A DNA stretch of 18,922 nucleotides from Candidatus Hadarchaeales archaeon (lineage in GTDB: Archaea; Hadarchaeota; Hadarchaeia; Hadarchaeales; Hadarchaeaceae), in the NCBI GenBank assembly GCA_038851565.1, contig JAWCKV010000018.1, forward strand, positions 1 to 18,922, given 5' to 3'. How positions within the stretch are numbered: position 1 is the first letter of the stretch; each line of letters starts with the position of its first letter. A program made the position numbers and the translations under genes. Below, one piece after another: positions 1-8,318 of the stretch. The notes below the pieces were generated by a model. That model had not been told where the DNA came from and did not search any database. It was given only the letters and a program-made list of their open reading frames with translations.

Positions 1-1330
1 GACTTCCGGGCACCTGGAACTGCGCGAGCGGATACACCTCCTCCAGCTCCTCAGGAACAGGACCGAAGACGGGAAGAAGCCTCACCAGGTGAACGCCCTC
101 CGGATCAAAAAGGCGCAACCTCTCGTATTCTAGACATGGAAGTATGAGCAGGGTCTTGGATGGCCTAGGCTCGTACCTCTCCCTGAATCTCCGCTCGTGC
201 CTTATGACCTCAGGCCTGAACAGCGACTCCTCCCCCAGGTAGAAGAACGCTGATATCTTCGTGACCGGGTCTAACCTTTCGATTGCATTTGAAAACAGGA
301 TCAGCTTTCTGAGTCCCTCGAGCAACCTGGGGTGCGCGGTGCACCTCATCTGCACATGCTCCCACAGTCTTCCCTCGCGTATCGCCTGCCTTATTGCCCT
401 TATCTCCGCGAAGCTGGCATGGAGGTTGTGGCGTGCAAGTGATCTGACCCTCTCGCTCACCGGGGCAGCGCGGAGCTCCTCGGGCGAGGTTGAGGAGCAC
501 ACCGGGCATGAGCAGGGGAACTCGCGGAGCTCGCCGAGGAGGAACGTGCCCCAGGCGGTCATGTACCTCCCGTCCCTCGCATAGAGCGCGTACGCAGCTG
601 AATCGAAGAGATCGCACCCCATCAGCACTGCGAGAGAAAACATCATCGGGTGGCCAGCCCCGAACAGGTGAACCGGCCTCTCCGGAGGAAGGTTGAGCTT
701 TGCGGCCATCACCAGATCCACCAGCTCGGCATATCTGTATTCCTCCATCAGCTCCACAGGGCTCCCGATCGCGTGCACGTGATAGTCCAGCCTCCCCATC
801 TCCCTCGCACACTCCTCCACCAGCTGCCTGAACTGTCCTCCCTGAACCGGGCCGCACCAGAGCACGTCCGGGTTGGACCTCATGCCGACCGCCTGCCGTG
901 CCCTCTCCAGGGTCTCCTGCACGGTCCAGCTCGCCCTCTCCTGCGTGACATCAATTCCTGTCGGGGCATCCAGTATTGTCGCTATGTCCGGCGCTATTCC
1001 CTCCTGATACCTCACGATCTCCTCGGGCGAGACCTCTATGTCGCCGTACCTGAGGATCTGGTACCCGCCGCTGTCGCACATCACAGGTCCATCGTAGTCC
1101 AGTACCCCGTGTACCTTTTTCTCCAGCGCCTCCTCCTCGAAGTGCCTCATGATGATGTAGGCGTTCGTCATCACCAGGCTGGCCCCGAATTCCTCCCTTA
1201 TCTCCCTGGGGGGGATTATCATTTCAAGCGGGTTGATGACCGGCATGAGGGTCGGCGTTACCACCTTACCGTGCTTGAGGGTCAGAAGGCCGATCCTTCC
1301 CATTCCGCACTTTTCCCTTACCTCGAAGAT
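1..1330 (-). CDS. tgtA: archaeosine tRNA-guanine(15) transglycosylase (arcTGT), 3' end truncated by window edge
   Basis: Manually translated open frame with no stop before position 1: (I)FEVREKCGMGRIGLLTLKHGKVVTPTLMPVINP...TNAYII...DSGGYQ...HLFGAGHPMMFSLAVLMGCDLFDSAAYALYA...FPCSCPVC...HNL (Zn site)...FGPVPEELEEVYPLAQ. Start is uncertain: ATC at 1330 after GGTGA, or the first canonical ATG at 1303. Confidence 0.96.
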   Translation of the reverse strand, partial: MFEVREKCGMGRIGLLTLKHGKVVTPTLMPVINPLEMIIPPREIREEFGASLVMTNAYIIMRHFEEEALEKKVHGVLDYDGPVMCDSGGYQILRYGDIEVSPEEIVRYQEGIAPDIATILDAPTGIDVTQERASWTVQETLERARQAVGMRSNPDVLWCGPVQGGQFRQLVEECAREMGRLDYHVHAIGSPVELMEEYRYAELVDLVMAAKLNLPPERPVHLFGAGHPMMFSLAVLMGCDLFDSAAYALYARDGRYMTAWGTFLLGELREFPCSCPVCSSTSPEELRAAPVSERVRSLARHNLHASFAEIRAIRQAIREGRLWEHVQMRCTAHPRLLEGLRKLILFSNAIERLDPVTKISAFFYLGEESLFRPEVIRHERRFRERYEPRPSKTLLILPCLEYERLRLFDPEGVHLVRLLPVFGPVPEELEEVYPLAQFQVPGS

Positions 1331-1351
1331 GGGATCACCAACAGAGGATGG

Positions 1352-1370
1352 GCGCTTGAAACAAAAAGCG
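1352..1370 (-). terminator. possible oligo(T) terminator / short hairpin after mat
   Basis: Minus strand reads TAA CGCTT TTTGTTTC AAGCG directly after the mat stop: a T-rich tract inside a 5-bp inverted repeat. Confidence 0.3.
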
Positions 1371-2576
1371 TTAACACACCAGATACTTGCCCTGAGCCAG
1401 CTCGCTGCAGAACTTGTCCATCCTGTCCAGCTCGCTGTTGAACGTCTCCCTTATCTGCTCCTCGATGTCCTTCATCGACACACTCTCCTCCGGTATGACC
1501 CTGGCGGTCGCTATCGCTGGCTGGTCTATGGGCTTCCCTATCTCGCTCACGAGCCAGACGTAAACCTCCCTCAATCCGGGAACCCTGATGTATATCTCGT
1601 TCGCGATCCTGTGCGTGAGTATGTTGTATATTTTCCCAACGTGGCTTACCGGATTCTTTCCGGCCGCGGCCTCGGACCCGACGTGCCTGTTCAGCGGTAT
1701 CACCCCGTTAGGCCTGTTGCCCCTTCCGACCTGGCCAGAGTCCGCTCCGTCCGCGCTTGTGCCGAGGACTGTGAGGTAAACGCCATCCACCCCCCTCCCC
1801 CTTACGTCGAGGGTGTTTAGCTTGAGGCTAACGTTGAACTCGCAGTTCTCCGCCAGAAACTCCTTTAGCCTACCCGTTATCTCCTCCTTAAGCCTGAAGT
1901 AGTGGTTCTCATCGTTCACGAACCTGTCGACGAATGCCGCTCCCACAGTCAGCGAGAGATCTCCGTCCCTCCTGAACCCCATCACCTTTATGTCCTCGCC
2001 AAGTGCGGGGAACTCCCTCTTGACCTCCCTGGAGTTCAGGAACCTCTCGGTGTCCAGCACTATGCGCTCGGTGGGGGTCATGGGAGCGTAGCCCACCGCG
2101 GCAGATGTGTCGTTCGCGCTCAGTATCCTGCCTCCTCTCCTGAATATGTCCGTGAGCGCAGCCGATCCTGGCTTCAGCTCGACCTGGTACCTCAGGTGCT
2201 GATCCGGGTCCACGAACCTCAGGTTATCCCTTATCCATGTCTTCGCAGCCCTTATCGCTATCTCCTCCACGGGGACCGTGTCATCTCCCACCCTGGTCGT
2301 GGCCCTGTCTCCGAAGATGAGGAGCATGGGCTGGATCACCCTACCTCCGCCGAATCTCGTCTCCACCTCACCGGCCACCAGGAGGGACTTGTCGGCGTTG
2401 TGGTGCATTATGGCCCCAAAGCGCTTCATGTACTCCGCGCTGAGCTCCACAGAAACCCTGTCCAAAACCGCGTCGCATATCGTGTCCGGGTGTCCCAGTC
2501 CCTTCCTCTCAACTATCTCGAAGCGCTGCTCCTCCAGCGGGAGCTGCCTGAACTCCTCCACCATGATGTTCCTCAA
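1371..2576 (-). CDS. mat: archaeal-type S-adenosylmethionine synthetase (methionine adenosyltransferase)
   Basis: Motifs EIVERKGLGHPDTICD, HHNADK, ANDTS, GEDIKVMG, GTSADGADSGQVGRGNR, EAAAGKNPVSHVGKIYN. Start placed at TTG 2576 (GGAGGCGA-4nt-TTG, giving the family-typical MRNI.VE); the ORF-track ATG at 2594 is the alternative. Confidence 0.97.
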   Translation of the reverse strand: MRNIMVEEFRQLPLEEQRFEIVERKGLGHPDTICDAVLDRVSVELSAEYMKRFGAIMHHNADKSLLVAGEVETRFGGGRVIQPMLLIFGDRATTRVGDDTVPVEEIAIRAAKTWIRDNLRFVDPDQHLRYQVELKPGSAALTDIFRRGGRILSANDTSAAVGYAPMTPTERIVLDTERFLNSREVKREFPALGEDIKVMGFRRDGDLSLTVGAAFVDRFVNDENHYFRLKEEITGRLKEFLAENCEFNVSLKLNTLDVRGRGVDGVYLTVLGTSADGADSGQVGRGNRPNGVIPLNRHVGSEAAAGKNPVSHVGKIYNILTHRIANEIYIRVPGLREVYVWLVSEIGKPIDQPAIATARVIPEESVSMKDIEEQIRETFNSELDRMDKFCSELAQGKYLVC

Positions 2577-2608
2577 GCCCTCGCCTCCACCCATTCACCC
2601 CCCCGGTG

Positions 2609-2640
2609 TATTTATATGTTTTGATGCCGATATAACCAAG
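2609..2640. promoter_or_regulatory. overlapping divergent TATA-box region (mat / HTH-CBS)
   Basis: The only AT-rich stretch between the divergent genes: TTTATATG (2611-2618, +) and TTATAT on the minus strand (2630-2635). The two form a TTATAT-N12-ATATAA inverted repeat. Confidence 0.55.
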
Positions 2641-2650
2641 GGTAATAGAA

Positions 2651-3223
2651 TTGATCTACCGGCCCTCTGAGATAAAGGCGATCAGAATCAGGCTGAAGCT
2701 AACGCAGGCTGAGCTCGCGAAGAGAGCCGGGGTCACGCAGGCATACATAGCGAAGATAGAGGCCGGAGAGGCCGACCCGAGGATATCCACAATGGAAAGG
2801 ATATCCAGGGCGCTTGAGGAGTCCATGCCAAAGTCCCAGCGCGTTTCTATCAGGGAGATCATGTCCTCCCCCGTGATCTACGTCAGGCCGTCCGAAAAGG
2901 TCGCCCAGGCGGTTCAGCTCATGAGGTCCCACGACGTCTCGCAGCTGCCGGTGCTTGAGGGAGGAGTGCAGGTGGGATCTGTAACCGAGGGGACGCTGGT
3001 CAAGAAGATCGCGTCTGTCGGTGACCTGAACAGCCTCATGGAGGAGACCGTTGAAAGAATAATGGATGGGCCCCTGCCGACTGTTGGAGACGACGCGGAT
3101 CTCGACACTGCCCACAGGTTGCTGGAACACGAACCAGCCGTGCTCGTGATCTCCCATGGGAGGGCAGCTGGCATAGTGACGAAGGCAGACCTGTTCAAGC
3201 TCACGGGGGCTCAGAAACGGTAG
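2651..3223 (+). CDS. XRE-family HTH transcriptional regulator with C-terminal CBS pair (COG3620-like)
   Basis: N-terminal Cro/C1 HTH (IRIRLKLTQAELAKRAGVTQAYIAKIEAGEADPRIST) followed by tandem CBS motifs (IMSSPVIYV...SQLPVL..G..VGSVTE; IMDGPLPTV...GIVTKADL). TTG start. Confidence 0.92.
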   Translation: MIYRPSEIKAIRIRLKLTQAELAKRAGVTQAYIAKIEAGEADPRISTMERISRALEESMPKSQRVSIREIMSSPVIYVRPSEKVAQAVQLMRSHDVSQLPVLEGGVQVGSVTEGTLVKKIASVGDLNSLMEETVERIMDGPLPTVGDDADLDTAHRLLEHEPAVLVISHGRAAGIVTKADLFKLTGAQKR

Positions 3224-3233
3224 CGGTGCAAGC

Positions 3234-3947
3234 ATGGAGAGCGTAAGGGAGAGAATAGCGAGGTGGATAGCCGGGGACATAGTGGTGTCTGAGGACCATG
3301 GGTCTGCCATCAGGCGCTGGAGGGAGAGGTTCGGGCTGACCCAGACCTCACTGGCCGAGAGGGTGGGAGTTTCACCCTCTGTGGTGAGCGACTACGAGGC
3401 AAACAGGAGGAAGTCCCCCGGAGCCTCCATGGTCAGAAAGATAGTTGAGACAATGATCCTGGCAGATGAGGAGAGGGGGGGGAACCTCGTGAGGAGTCTC
3501 TCCCAGATATTCGGCTCCCAGCTTCCTGCAGATGTGGTCCTCGAGATAAGGGAATTCAAAGAGCCAGTGGAGGGGAAAGCCGTATGTAAGGCGGTCGATG
3601 GAGAGGTCATGGCAAACCGCGATCTGCTGGACAGAAAGCTCTTCGGCTACACAGTAATAGATGGGCCAAGGGCCGTCCTACAGCTCTCAGTGGACGATTT
3701 CAGGCGACTCTACGGGCTGACCACAGAGAGGGTCCTGGCATTTACGGGGGTGACAACTGGCAGGTCGCCCATGGTGGCCATCAAGGTCATTGGCATAACA
3801 CCCGGGATGGTTGTACTTCACGGGGAGCTGGCCTCGCCCGACCCGCTGGGCGTTAGGATCGCTGAGATGCTGAAGGTTCCCCTAGTGATATCCCGCCTGC
3901 CCTCCCCCGAAGCACTCCTGGAGTCCCTCAGGAAGTGCGGGAGATAA
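3234..3947 (+). CDS. archaeal XRE-family HTH transcriptional regulator (COG1709-like, DRTGG-like C-terminal domain)
   Basis: IAGDIVVSEDHGSAIRRWRERFGLTQTSLAERVGVSPSVVSDYEANRRKSPG HTH; conserved C-terminal GYTVID, FTGVTTGRSPMVAIKV. This family is recurrently found next to archaeal HMG-CoA synthase. Confidence 0.88.
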   Translation: MESVRERIARWIAGDIVVSEDHGSAIRRWRERFGLTQTSLAERVGVSPSVVSDYEANRRKSPGASMVRKIVETMILADEERGGNLVRSLSQIFGSQLPADVVLEIREFKEPVEGKAVCKAVDGEVMANRDLLDRKLFGYTVIDGPRAVLQLSVDDFRRLYGLTTERVLAFTGVTTGRSPMVAIKVIGITPGMVVLHGELASPDPLGVRIAEMLKVPLVISRLPSPEALLESLRKCGR

Positions 3948-3950
3948 CGG

Positions 3951-3978
3951 CTTTTGACGATAACGATTTCGTCAATAG
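3951..3978. promoter_or_regulatory. inverted repeat, candidate transcription-factor site
   Basis: CT-T-TTGACGA-taacgatt-TCGTCAA-T-AG: perfect 7-bp arms at 3954-3960 and 3969-3975, plus outer CT/AG pairs. Confidence 0.6.
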
Positions 3979-4000
3979 AAAGGTTTTTATGAATTTTAAG
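3977..4000 (+). promoter_or_regulatory. BRE + TATA promoter of HMG-CoA synthase/thiolase/DUF35 operon
   Basis: Purine-rich AGAAAGG (3977-3983) followed by TTTTTATG (3984-3991); a second TTTTAAG at 3994-4000; about 30-40 nt upstream of the GTG start. Confidence 0.65.
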
Positions 4001-4029
4001 GTAGGCTATTCAGACGGAGAGAAGGGAGA

Positions 4030-5088
4030 GTGCAAGCATTGGCTGTTGGCATAGTCGGGTACGGCGCCTACATCCCGAGGTACAGGATAAAGGTCGAGGA
4101 AATAGCCAGGGTATGGGGAGACAATCCGGAACTAATAAAGAAGGGCCTATTGGTGGAGGAAAAGTCCCTGCCGGGTCCTGATGAGGACACCGCGACGATA
4201 GCGGTCGAGGCTGCGAGGAATGCCGTTAAGAGGTCCGGCATAAACCCACAGGAAATAGGCGCAATCTATGTGGGGTCTGAATCCCCCCCTTACGCGGTCA
4301 AGCCAACCGCAACCATAGTCGCCGAGGCCATCCAGGCCACCCCTAACCTCACAGCCGCAGACATGGAGTTCGCGTGCAAGGCTGGTACCGCCGGGATCCA
4401 GAGCTGCATGGGCCTGGTCGAGGCAGGGGTGATAAAGTACGGGATGTCGATAGGCGCTGACACAGCGCAGGGCGCACCGGGGGATCCGTTGGAGTACACC
4501 GCGGCTGCAGGGGGGGCAGCAGTTATAATCGGGAAGGACGGATTCAGCGAGCTGCTCGCGACCGTGGAAGGAACATGTTCCTACACCACTGACACTCCTG
4601 ACTTTTGGAGGAGGGAAATGAGGCCATACCCAAAACACGGCGGAAGGTTCACTGGAAAGCCAGCCTACTTCAAACACGTGGTTTCGGCAGCCCAGGAGCT
4701 CATGAGGAGGCTGAGGCTGACCCCTCAGGACTTCTCCTATGCCGTGTTCCACCAGCCAAACGGCAAGTTTCCGCTGGCGGTGGCCGAGGTCCTGGGCTTC
4801 ACAAAGGAGCAGGTGATGCCCGGGCTTATCACGCCAAAGATAGGGAACACGTACTCCGGGGCCTCCCTCATAGGGCTGGCGGCTGTCCTTGATCAGGCGA
4901 AGCCGGGGGAACGCATCCTCCTCACGTCCTTTGGGTCTGGTGCGGGAAGCGACGCTTTTAGCTTCGTGGTCAGGGAAGCCATAGACTTGAAACGGGACCT
5001 CGCCCCCAAGGTGGTGGACTACGTTGGGAGAAAGACATATGTCGACTATTCCACCTATGCCAAATACAGGAAGATCCTGGTGAAGTGA
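4030..5088 (+). CDS. mvaS: hydroxymethylglutaryl-CoA synthase, archaeal type
   Basis: [25 protein letters not shown], catalytic [43 protein letters not shown]. Alternative TTG start at 4039. Confidence 0.97.
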   Translation: MQALAVGIVGYGAYIPRYRIKVEEIARVWGDNPELIKKGLLVEEKSLPGPDEDTATIAVEAARNAVKRSGINPQEIGAIYVGSESPPYAVKPTATIVAEAIQATPNLTAADMEFACKAGTAGIQSCMGLVEAGVIKYGMSIGADTAQGAPGDPLEYTAAAGGAAVIIGKDGFSELLATVEGTCSYTTDTPDFWRREMRPYPKHGGRFTGKPAYFKHVVSAAQELMRRLRLTPQDFSYAVFHQPNGKFPLAVAEVLGFTKEQVMPGLITPKIGNTYSGASLIGLAAVLDQAKPGERILLTSFGSGAGSDAFSFVVREAIDLKRDLAPKVVDYVGRKTYVDYSTYAKYRKILVK

Positions 5089-6252
5089 ATGAGAAAGGTT
5101 GCGGTCATAGGGGTCGGGCAGACGAAGTTCGGTGAGCTCTGGGACGTCTCCTTCAGGCAGATGATGCTCGAGGCCGGGATGCGGGCGCTCGAGGATGCGG
5201 GAATAGACGGGGGGGACTTGGACGCACTATACGTGGGGAATATGTCCGGAGGACAGTTCATCAAACAGGAACACATTGCACCCCTGATAGCAGATCATGC
5301 CGGGCTCGTCCCGATTCCCTCAACCAGGGTGGAGGGTGCCTGTGCATCCGGAGGGCTCGCGCTCAGGCAGGCCTTCACAGATGTCGCCTCTGGTATCCAC
5401 GACCTGGTTGTGGCTGCCGGGATCGAGAAGATGACAGACGTTCTCTCCGAACAGGCGACCGGGGCCCTGGCAACTGCAGCTGACCAGGAGTGGGAGGTCT
5501 ACGCGGGGGCGACCTTTCCCGGATTATACGCCCTCATGGCCAGGAGACACATGTACGAGTTTGGGACCACGGAGGAGGAAATGGCGATGGTGGCGGTTAA
5601 GAATCACGGGAACGCATGTCTGAACCCATGCGCGCAGTATCACACCGAGATAACCGTGGAATCCGTGCTCAGCTCCCCTCCCGTGGCGCTTCCGCTCAAG
5701 CTACTCGACTGCTCCCCGGTGACCGATGGAGCCGCATGCCTCGTGCTCGCTCCAGCCGAGACAGCCAGGAAGTACACTGACACCCCGATAGTCATAGAGG
5801 GAAGCGGTCAGGCAAGCGACACGATCTCCCTGCACAGCAGGCACTCACTCACTGCCCTCATGGCAACGATTGAAGCGTCAAGGATAGCCTACAGGATGGC
5901 GGGAATAGAGCCGAAGGACGTGGATCTGGCGGAAGTTCACGACTGCTTCACGATCGCAGAGATAATGGCGATAGAGGACCTGGGGTTCTGCAAAAAGGGA
6001 GAGGGCGGAAAGCTCACGAAGGATGGTGCCACGGAGATAGGTGGCTCCATCCCGGTCAACACGAGCGGCGGCCTGAAGGGAAAGGGGCATCCCGTGGGAG
6101 CAACCGGTATAGCCCAGGCCATTGAGGTCGTCCAGCAGCTCAGGGGTGAGGCGGGAAAAAGACAGGTAAACGGCGCGATGATAGGCCTCACGCACAACGT
6201 CGGAGGCTCTGGTGGAACAGCGGTGGTGCACGTCTTCAGGAGGGGTGACTGA
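5089..6252 (+). CDS. acetoacetyl-CoA thiolase (acetyl-CoA C-acetyltransferase), archaeal mevalonate pathway
   Basis: VEGACASGG (catalytic Cys), [46 protein letters not shown]; abuts the HMG-CoA synthase stop. Confidence 0.96.
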   Translation: MRKVAVIGVGQTKFGELWDVSFRQMMLEAGMRALEDAGIDGGDLDALYVGNMSGGQFIKQEHIAPLIADHAGLVPIPSTRVEGACASGGLALRQAFTDVASGIHDLVVAAGIEKMTDVLSEQATGALATAADQEWEVYAGATFPGLYALMARRHMYEFGTTEEEMAMVAVKNHGNACLNPCAQYHTEITVESVLSSPPVALPLKLLDCSPVTDGAACLVLAPAETARKYTDTPIVIEGSGQASDTISLHSRHSLTALMATIEASRIAYRMAGIEPKDVDLAEVHDCFTIAEIMAIEDLGFCKKGEGGKLTKDGATEIGGSIPVNTSGGLKGKGHPVGATGIAQAIEVVQQLRGEAGKRQVNGAMIGLTHNVGGSGGTAVVHVFRRGD

Positions 6253-6662
6253 TGGCCGTGCCGAGGTTCTGGCGGGAAATACCCAGCAGGTACAACCTGA
6301 TCGGAAGCAGGTGTGAGAAGTGCAACAAGATATACTTCCCGCCCAGATACATGTGCCCGGAGTGCAGGAGGGTTGGAAGGATGCAGCCGCACCACCTGAA
6401 GCCGCGGGGGAAGATCGTCACACACACAACGATATACGTGGCCGCCAGCGGCTTTGAGGACCAAGTCCCCTATGCCCTAGCAATAGTGGAGCTGGAGGAG
6501 GGGCCGAGGATACTAACGCAGATAACTGACTGCGATCCAAATGAGGTCAAGATAGGGGATGAGGTCGAGATCATATTCAGGAAGCTAGGTGAGGAAGGGG
6601 ACGAGGGGGTCATATACTACGGATACAAGGCCAGAAAGGTAGAAATGCCTAACTCCTCCTAG
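6252..6662 (+). CDS. DUF35 family Zn-ribbon/OB-fold scaffold of the thiolase/HMG-CoA synthase complex
   Basis: [17 protein letters not shown]...CPEC Zn ribbon, OB-fold (PYALAIVELEEG...IG.EVE..FRK...YGYK); TGATG coupling to the thiolase. Confidence 0.94.
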   Translation: MAVPRFWREIPSRYNLIGSRCEKCNKIYFPPRYMCPECRRVGRMQPHHLKPRGKIVTHTTIYVAASGFEDQVPYALAIVELEEGPRILTQITDCDPNEVKIGDEVEIIFRKLGEEGDEGVIYYGYKARKVEMPNSS

Positions 6663-7404
6663 CGAATGTCAGGTAGCCGGTGTGGGCTATCATCCTCGAG
6701 CTCGGCCTGGTCCCACTATCCATAACAACGATCTCTCTCACCAAGCACTCTATAGTCTTGAGACCTATGAACCCGAAGTTCCTGACCTCCCTATAGAACC
6801 TCTGAAGGTGCTCCACACATGGCGCGAAGACCGAAAGATATCCTCCCGGCTTCAGAGCTCTCTCCGCGTGTGGAAGAACCAACTCAGGCCTAGGGATATC
6901 GAGCGTGATGAGATCGAGATCCTTCTCATCTATTCCCCCGCAGATGTCCTTCAGCTTGATCTCAACCACTCCCTCAAGACCTGCGAGCCTCACGTTCTCC
7001 CTCGCAACCTCTGCAAAGTCCTCCCTCACCTCGTAGCTCACCACCCTCCCGTCAGGCCTCACCAGGTTGCCCAAGAATATAGCGAGCGCGCCCGAGCCAG
7101 TCCCCGCATCCACCACCATGTACCCAGGACCCACGCCGGTGTGCGCGACAATCTGGGCCGCATCCTTGGGCAGCATTATCTGCGGAACCCGCTTTATCTT
7201 CTCGAGGTAGTCCGCAGGTGAGGGCAGAAGCACTACGAACTCCCTCCCTATATGGGACCTGAGCCTGCACCCCGGCTCCTTTCCCACAGCCTCCCCCAGG
7301 TCCACGACGCCGAGGTTGGTCTGCAGCTTCCTGCTCTCCGCCCTTGTCAGATATTTCCTTCCCCTCTCGTCAACGAGGATTATCCTTTCCCCCTCGCGTA
7401 TCAT
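6649..7404 (-). CDS. trmI: tRNA (adenine-57/58-N1)-methyltransferase
   Basis: MIREGE start (ATG 7404; ORF-track TTG at 7413), PQIMLPKDA, SAM motif VDAGTGSGAL, SYEVREDF, LDIP.P, TRP...HTGYLTFARR. Confidence 0.95.
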   Translation of the reverse strand: MIREGERIILVDERGRKYLTRAESRKLQTNLGVVDLGEAVGKEPGCRLRSHIGREFVVLLPSPADYLEKIKRVPQIMLPKDAAQIVAHTGVGPGYMVVDAGTGSGALAIFLGNLVRPDGRVVSYEVREDFAEVARENVRLAGLEGVVEIKLKDICGGIDEKDLDLITLDIPRPELVLPHAERALKPGGYLSVFAPCVEHLQRFYREVRNFGFIGLKTIECLVREIVVMDSGTRPSSRMIAHTGYLTFARRS

Positions 7405-7413
7405 CAGGCTCAA

Positions 7414-7457
7414 ATCAACTATTTAACTGCAGAATTAAAATAGGGAGAGGTGAACTC
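7414..7457. promoter_or_regulatory. divergent promoter region trmI / secF
   Basis: AT-rich CTATTTAA-ctgcagaa-TTAAAATAG (7419-7443), with TATA-like boxes on both strands, then SD GAGGTGA 4 nt before the secF GTG. Confidence 0.5.
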
Positions 7458-8318
7458 GTGAAAACTCCTGCGAGCTTCATGAAACCAAAGCAGATGGTGG
7501 CGGTGGCCCTCATCGTCTCCATTTCTCTCGGGACCTACGCCGCGCTGGCAGGAATTCCCAAGAGCATAGAGTTCACCGGCGGCTCTATGATAAGGGTGAG
7601 GTGTGAGAACGCGCCCGACCCCTCATCCGTTGAAACTGCCATCGAGGGGCTTCTGGGCGCAGACGTTTCGGTGGACTCCGTGAGGGGAGGGCTGGACATA
7701 AGAACGCAGCTCCAGCTAACCGAGGAGCAGAAAACGGCCCTGAGAGAACTCATGTCGTCGGAGTTCAACGTAACTGGAGAGGGCGTTAACATTGACGCGC
7801 TTGGGGCTAACATAATAGCGGTCTACGCTGGACAGGCAATCGTCGCGGTTGCCGGGGCCTTCGTCGCCATGGGCGTCATAATACTGATCGCGTTCAGGCG
7901 CAGGGTTCCGGTGGGCGCCATGCTGCTGGCTGTGGGCCTTGACATGGCATGCGTCCTCGGACTGATGGGCATATTTGGCGTGGAGCTCAGCCTCGCCTCC
8001 CTGGCTGGAATGCTCATGCTCATAGGATACTCGGTGGACACGAACATACTGTTGACGACCAGCCTCCTGAGGAGAACCGAGGGAGAAACGCTTGAACGCC
8101 TTGCGACCGCCATGAGAACTGGGCTGATGATGAGCGGCACGACCATGGTCCCCCTCATAGCCCTGAACGTCCTGACCACCGCACCGCAGCTATACCAGCT
8201 GACCATGGTCCTGATATTTGGCATACTGGCGGACATCATGAACACCTGGATGCTCAACGCGGGAATCCTGCTAGAGCACTCAAAAAAGGAGCGGGTGAAG
8301 TACCATGTCGCTCTTTAG
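7458..8318 (+). CDS. secF: protein-export membrane protein SecF
   Basis: GIPKSIEFTGGS after TM1, five further TM helices, LMLIGYSVDTNILLTT. Start GTG 7458 after GAGGTGA; the ORF-track start at 7344 overlaps trmI and is unlikely. Confidence 0.93.
   Translation: MKTPASFMKPKQMVAVALIVSISLGTYAALAGIPKSIEFTGGSMIRVRCENAPDPSSVETAIEGLLGADVSVDSVRGGLDIRTQLQLTEEQKTALRELMSSEFNVTGEGVNIDALGANIIAVYAGQAIVAVAGAFVAMGVIILIAFRRRVPVGAMLLAVGLDMACVLGLMGIFGVELSLASLAGMLMLIGYSVDTNILLTTSLLRRTEGETLERLATAMRTGLMMSGTTMVPLIALNVLTTAPQLYQLTMVLIFGILADIMNTWMLNAGILLEHSKKERVKYHVAL

Noticed and set aside
1208..1214. G7 homopolymer in tgtA as a frameshift or phase-variation site
   Set aside because: The frame is intact through it (ATC CCC CCC AGG); a single short run is unremarkable.
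650..1441. 263-aa plus-strand ORF and other ORFs within 210-1820
   Set aside because: Antisense or alternative-frame shadows of tgtA and mat; no recognisable motifs. The real gene is the minus-strand frame that the track omitted because it has no stop in the window.
4030..6662. HMG-CoA synthase/thiolase/DUF35 as a novel or polyketide-like (PhlABC-type) system
   Set aside because: This is the well-described archaeal mevalonate-entry channelling complex, with catalytic residues intact.
7344..7457. Extended secF N-terminus from the ORF track
   Set aside because: Overlaps the trmI start and promoter region; GTG 7458 has a strong SD.
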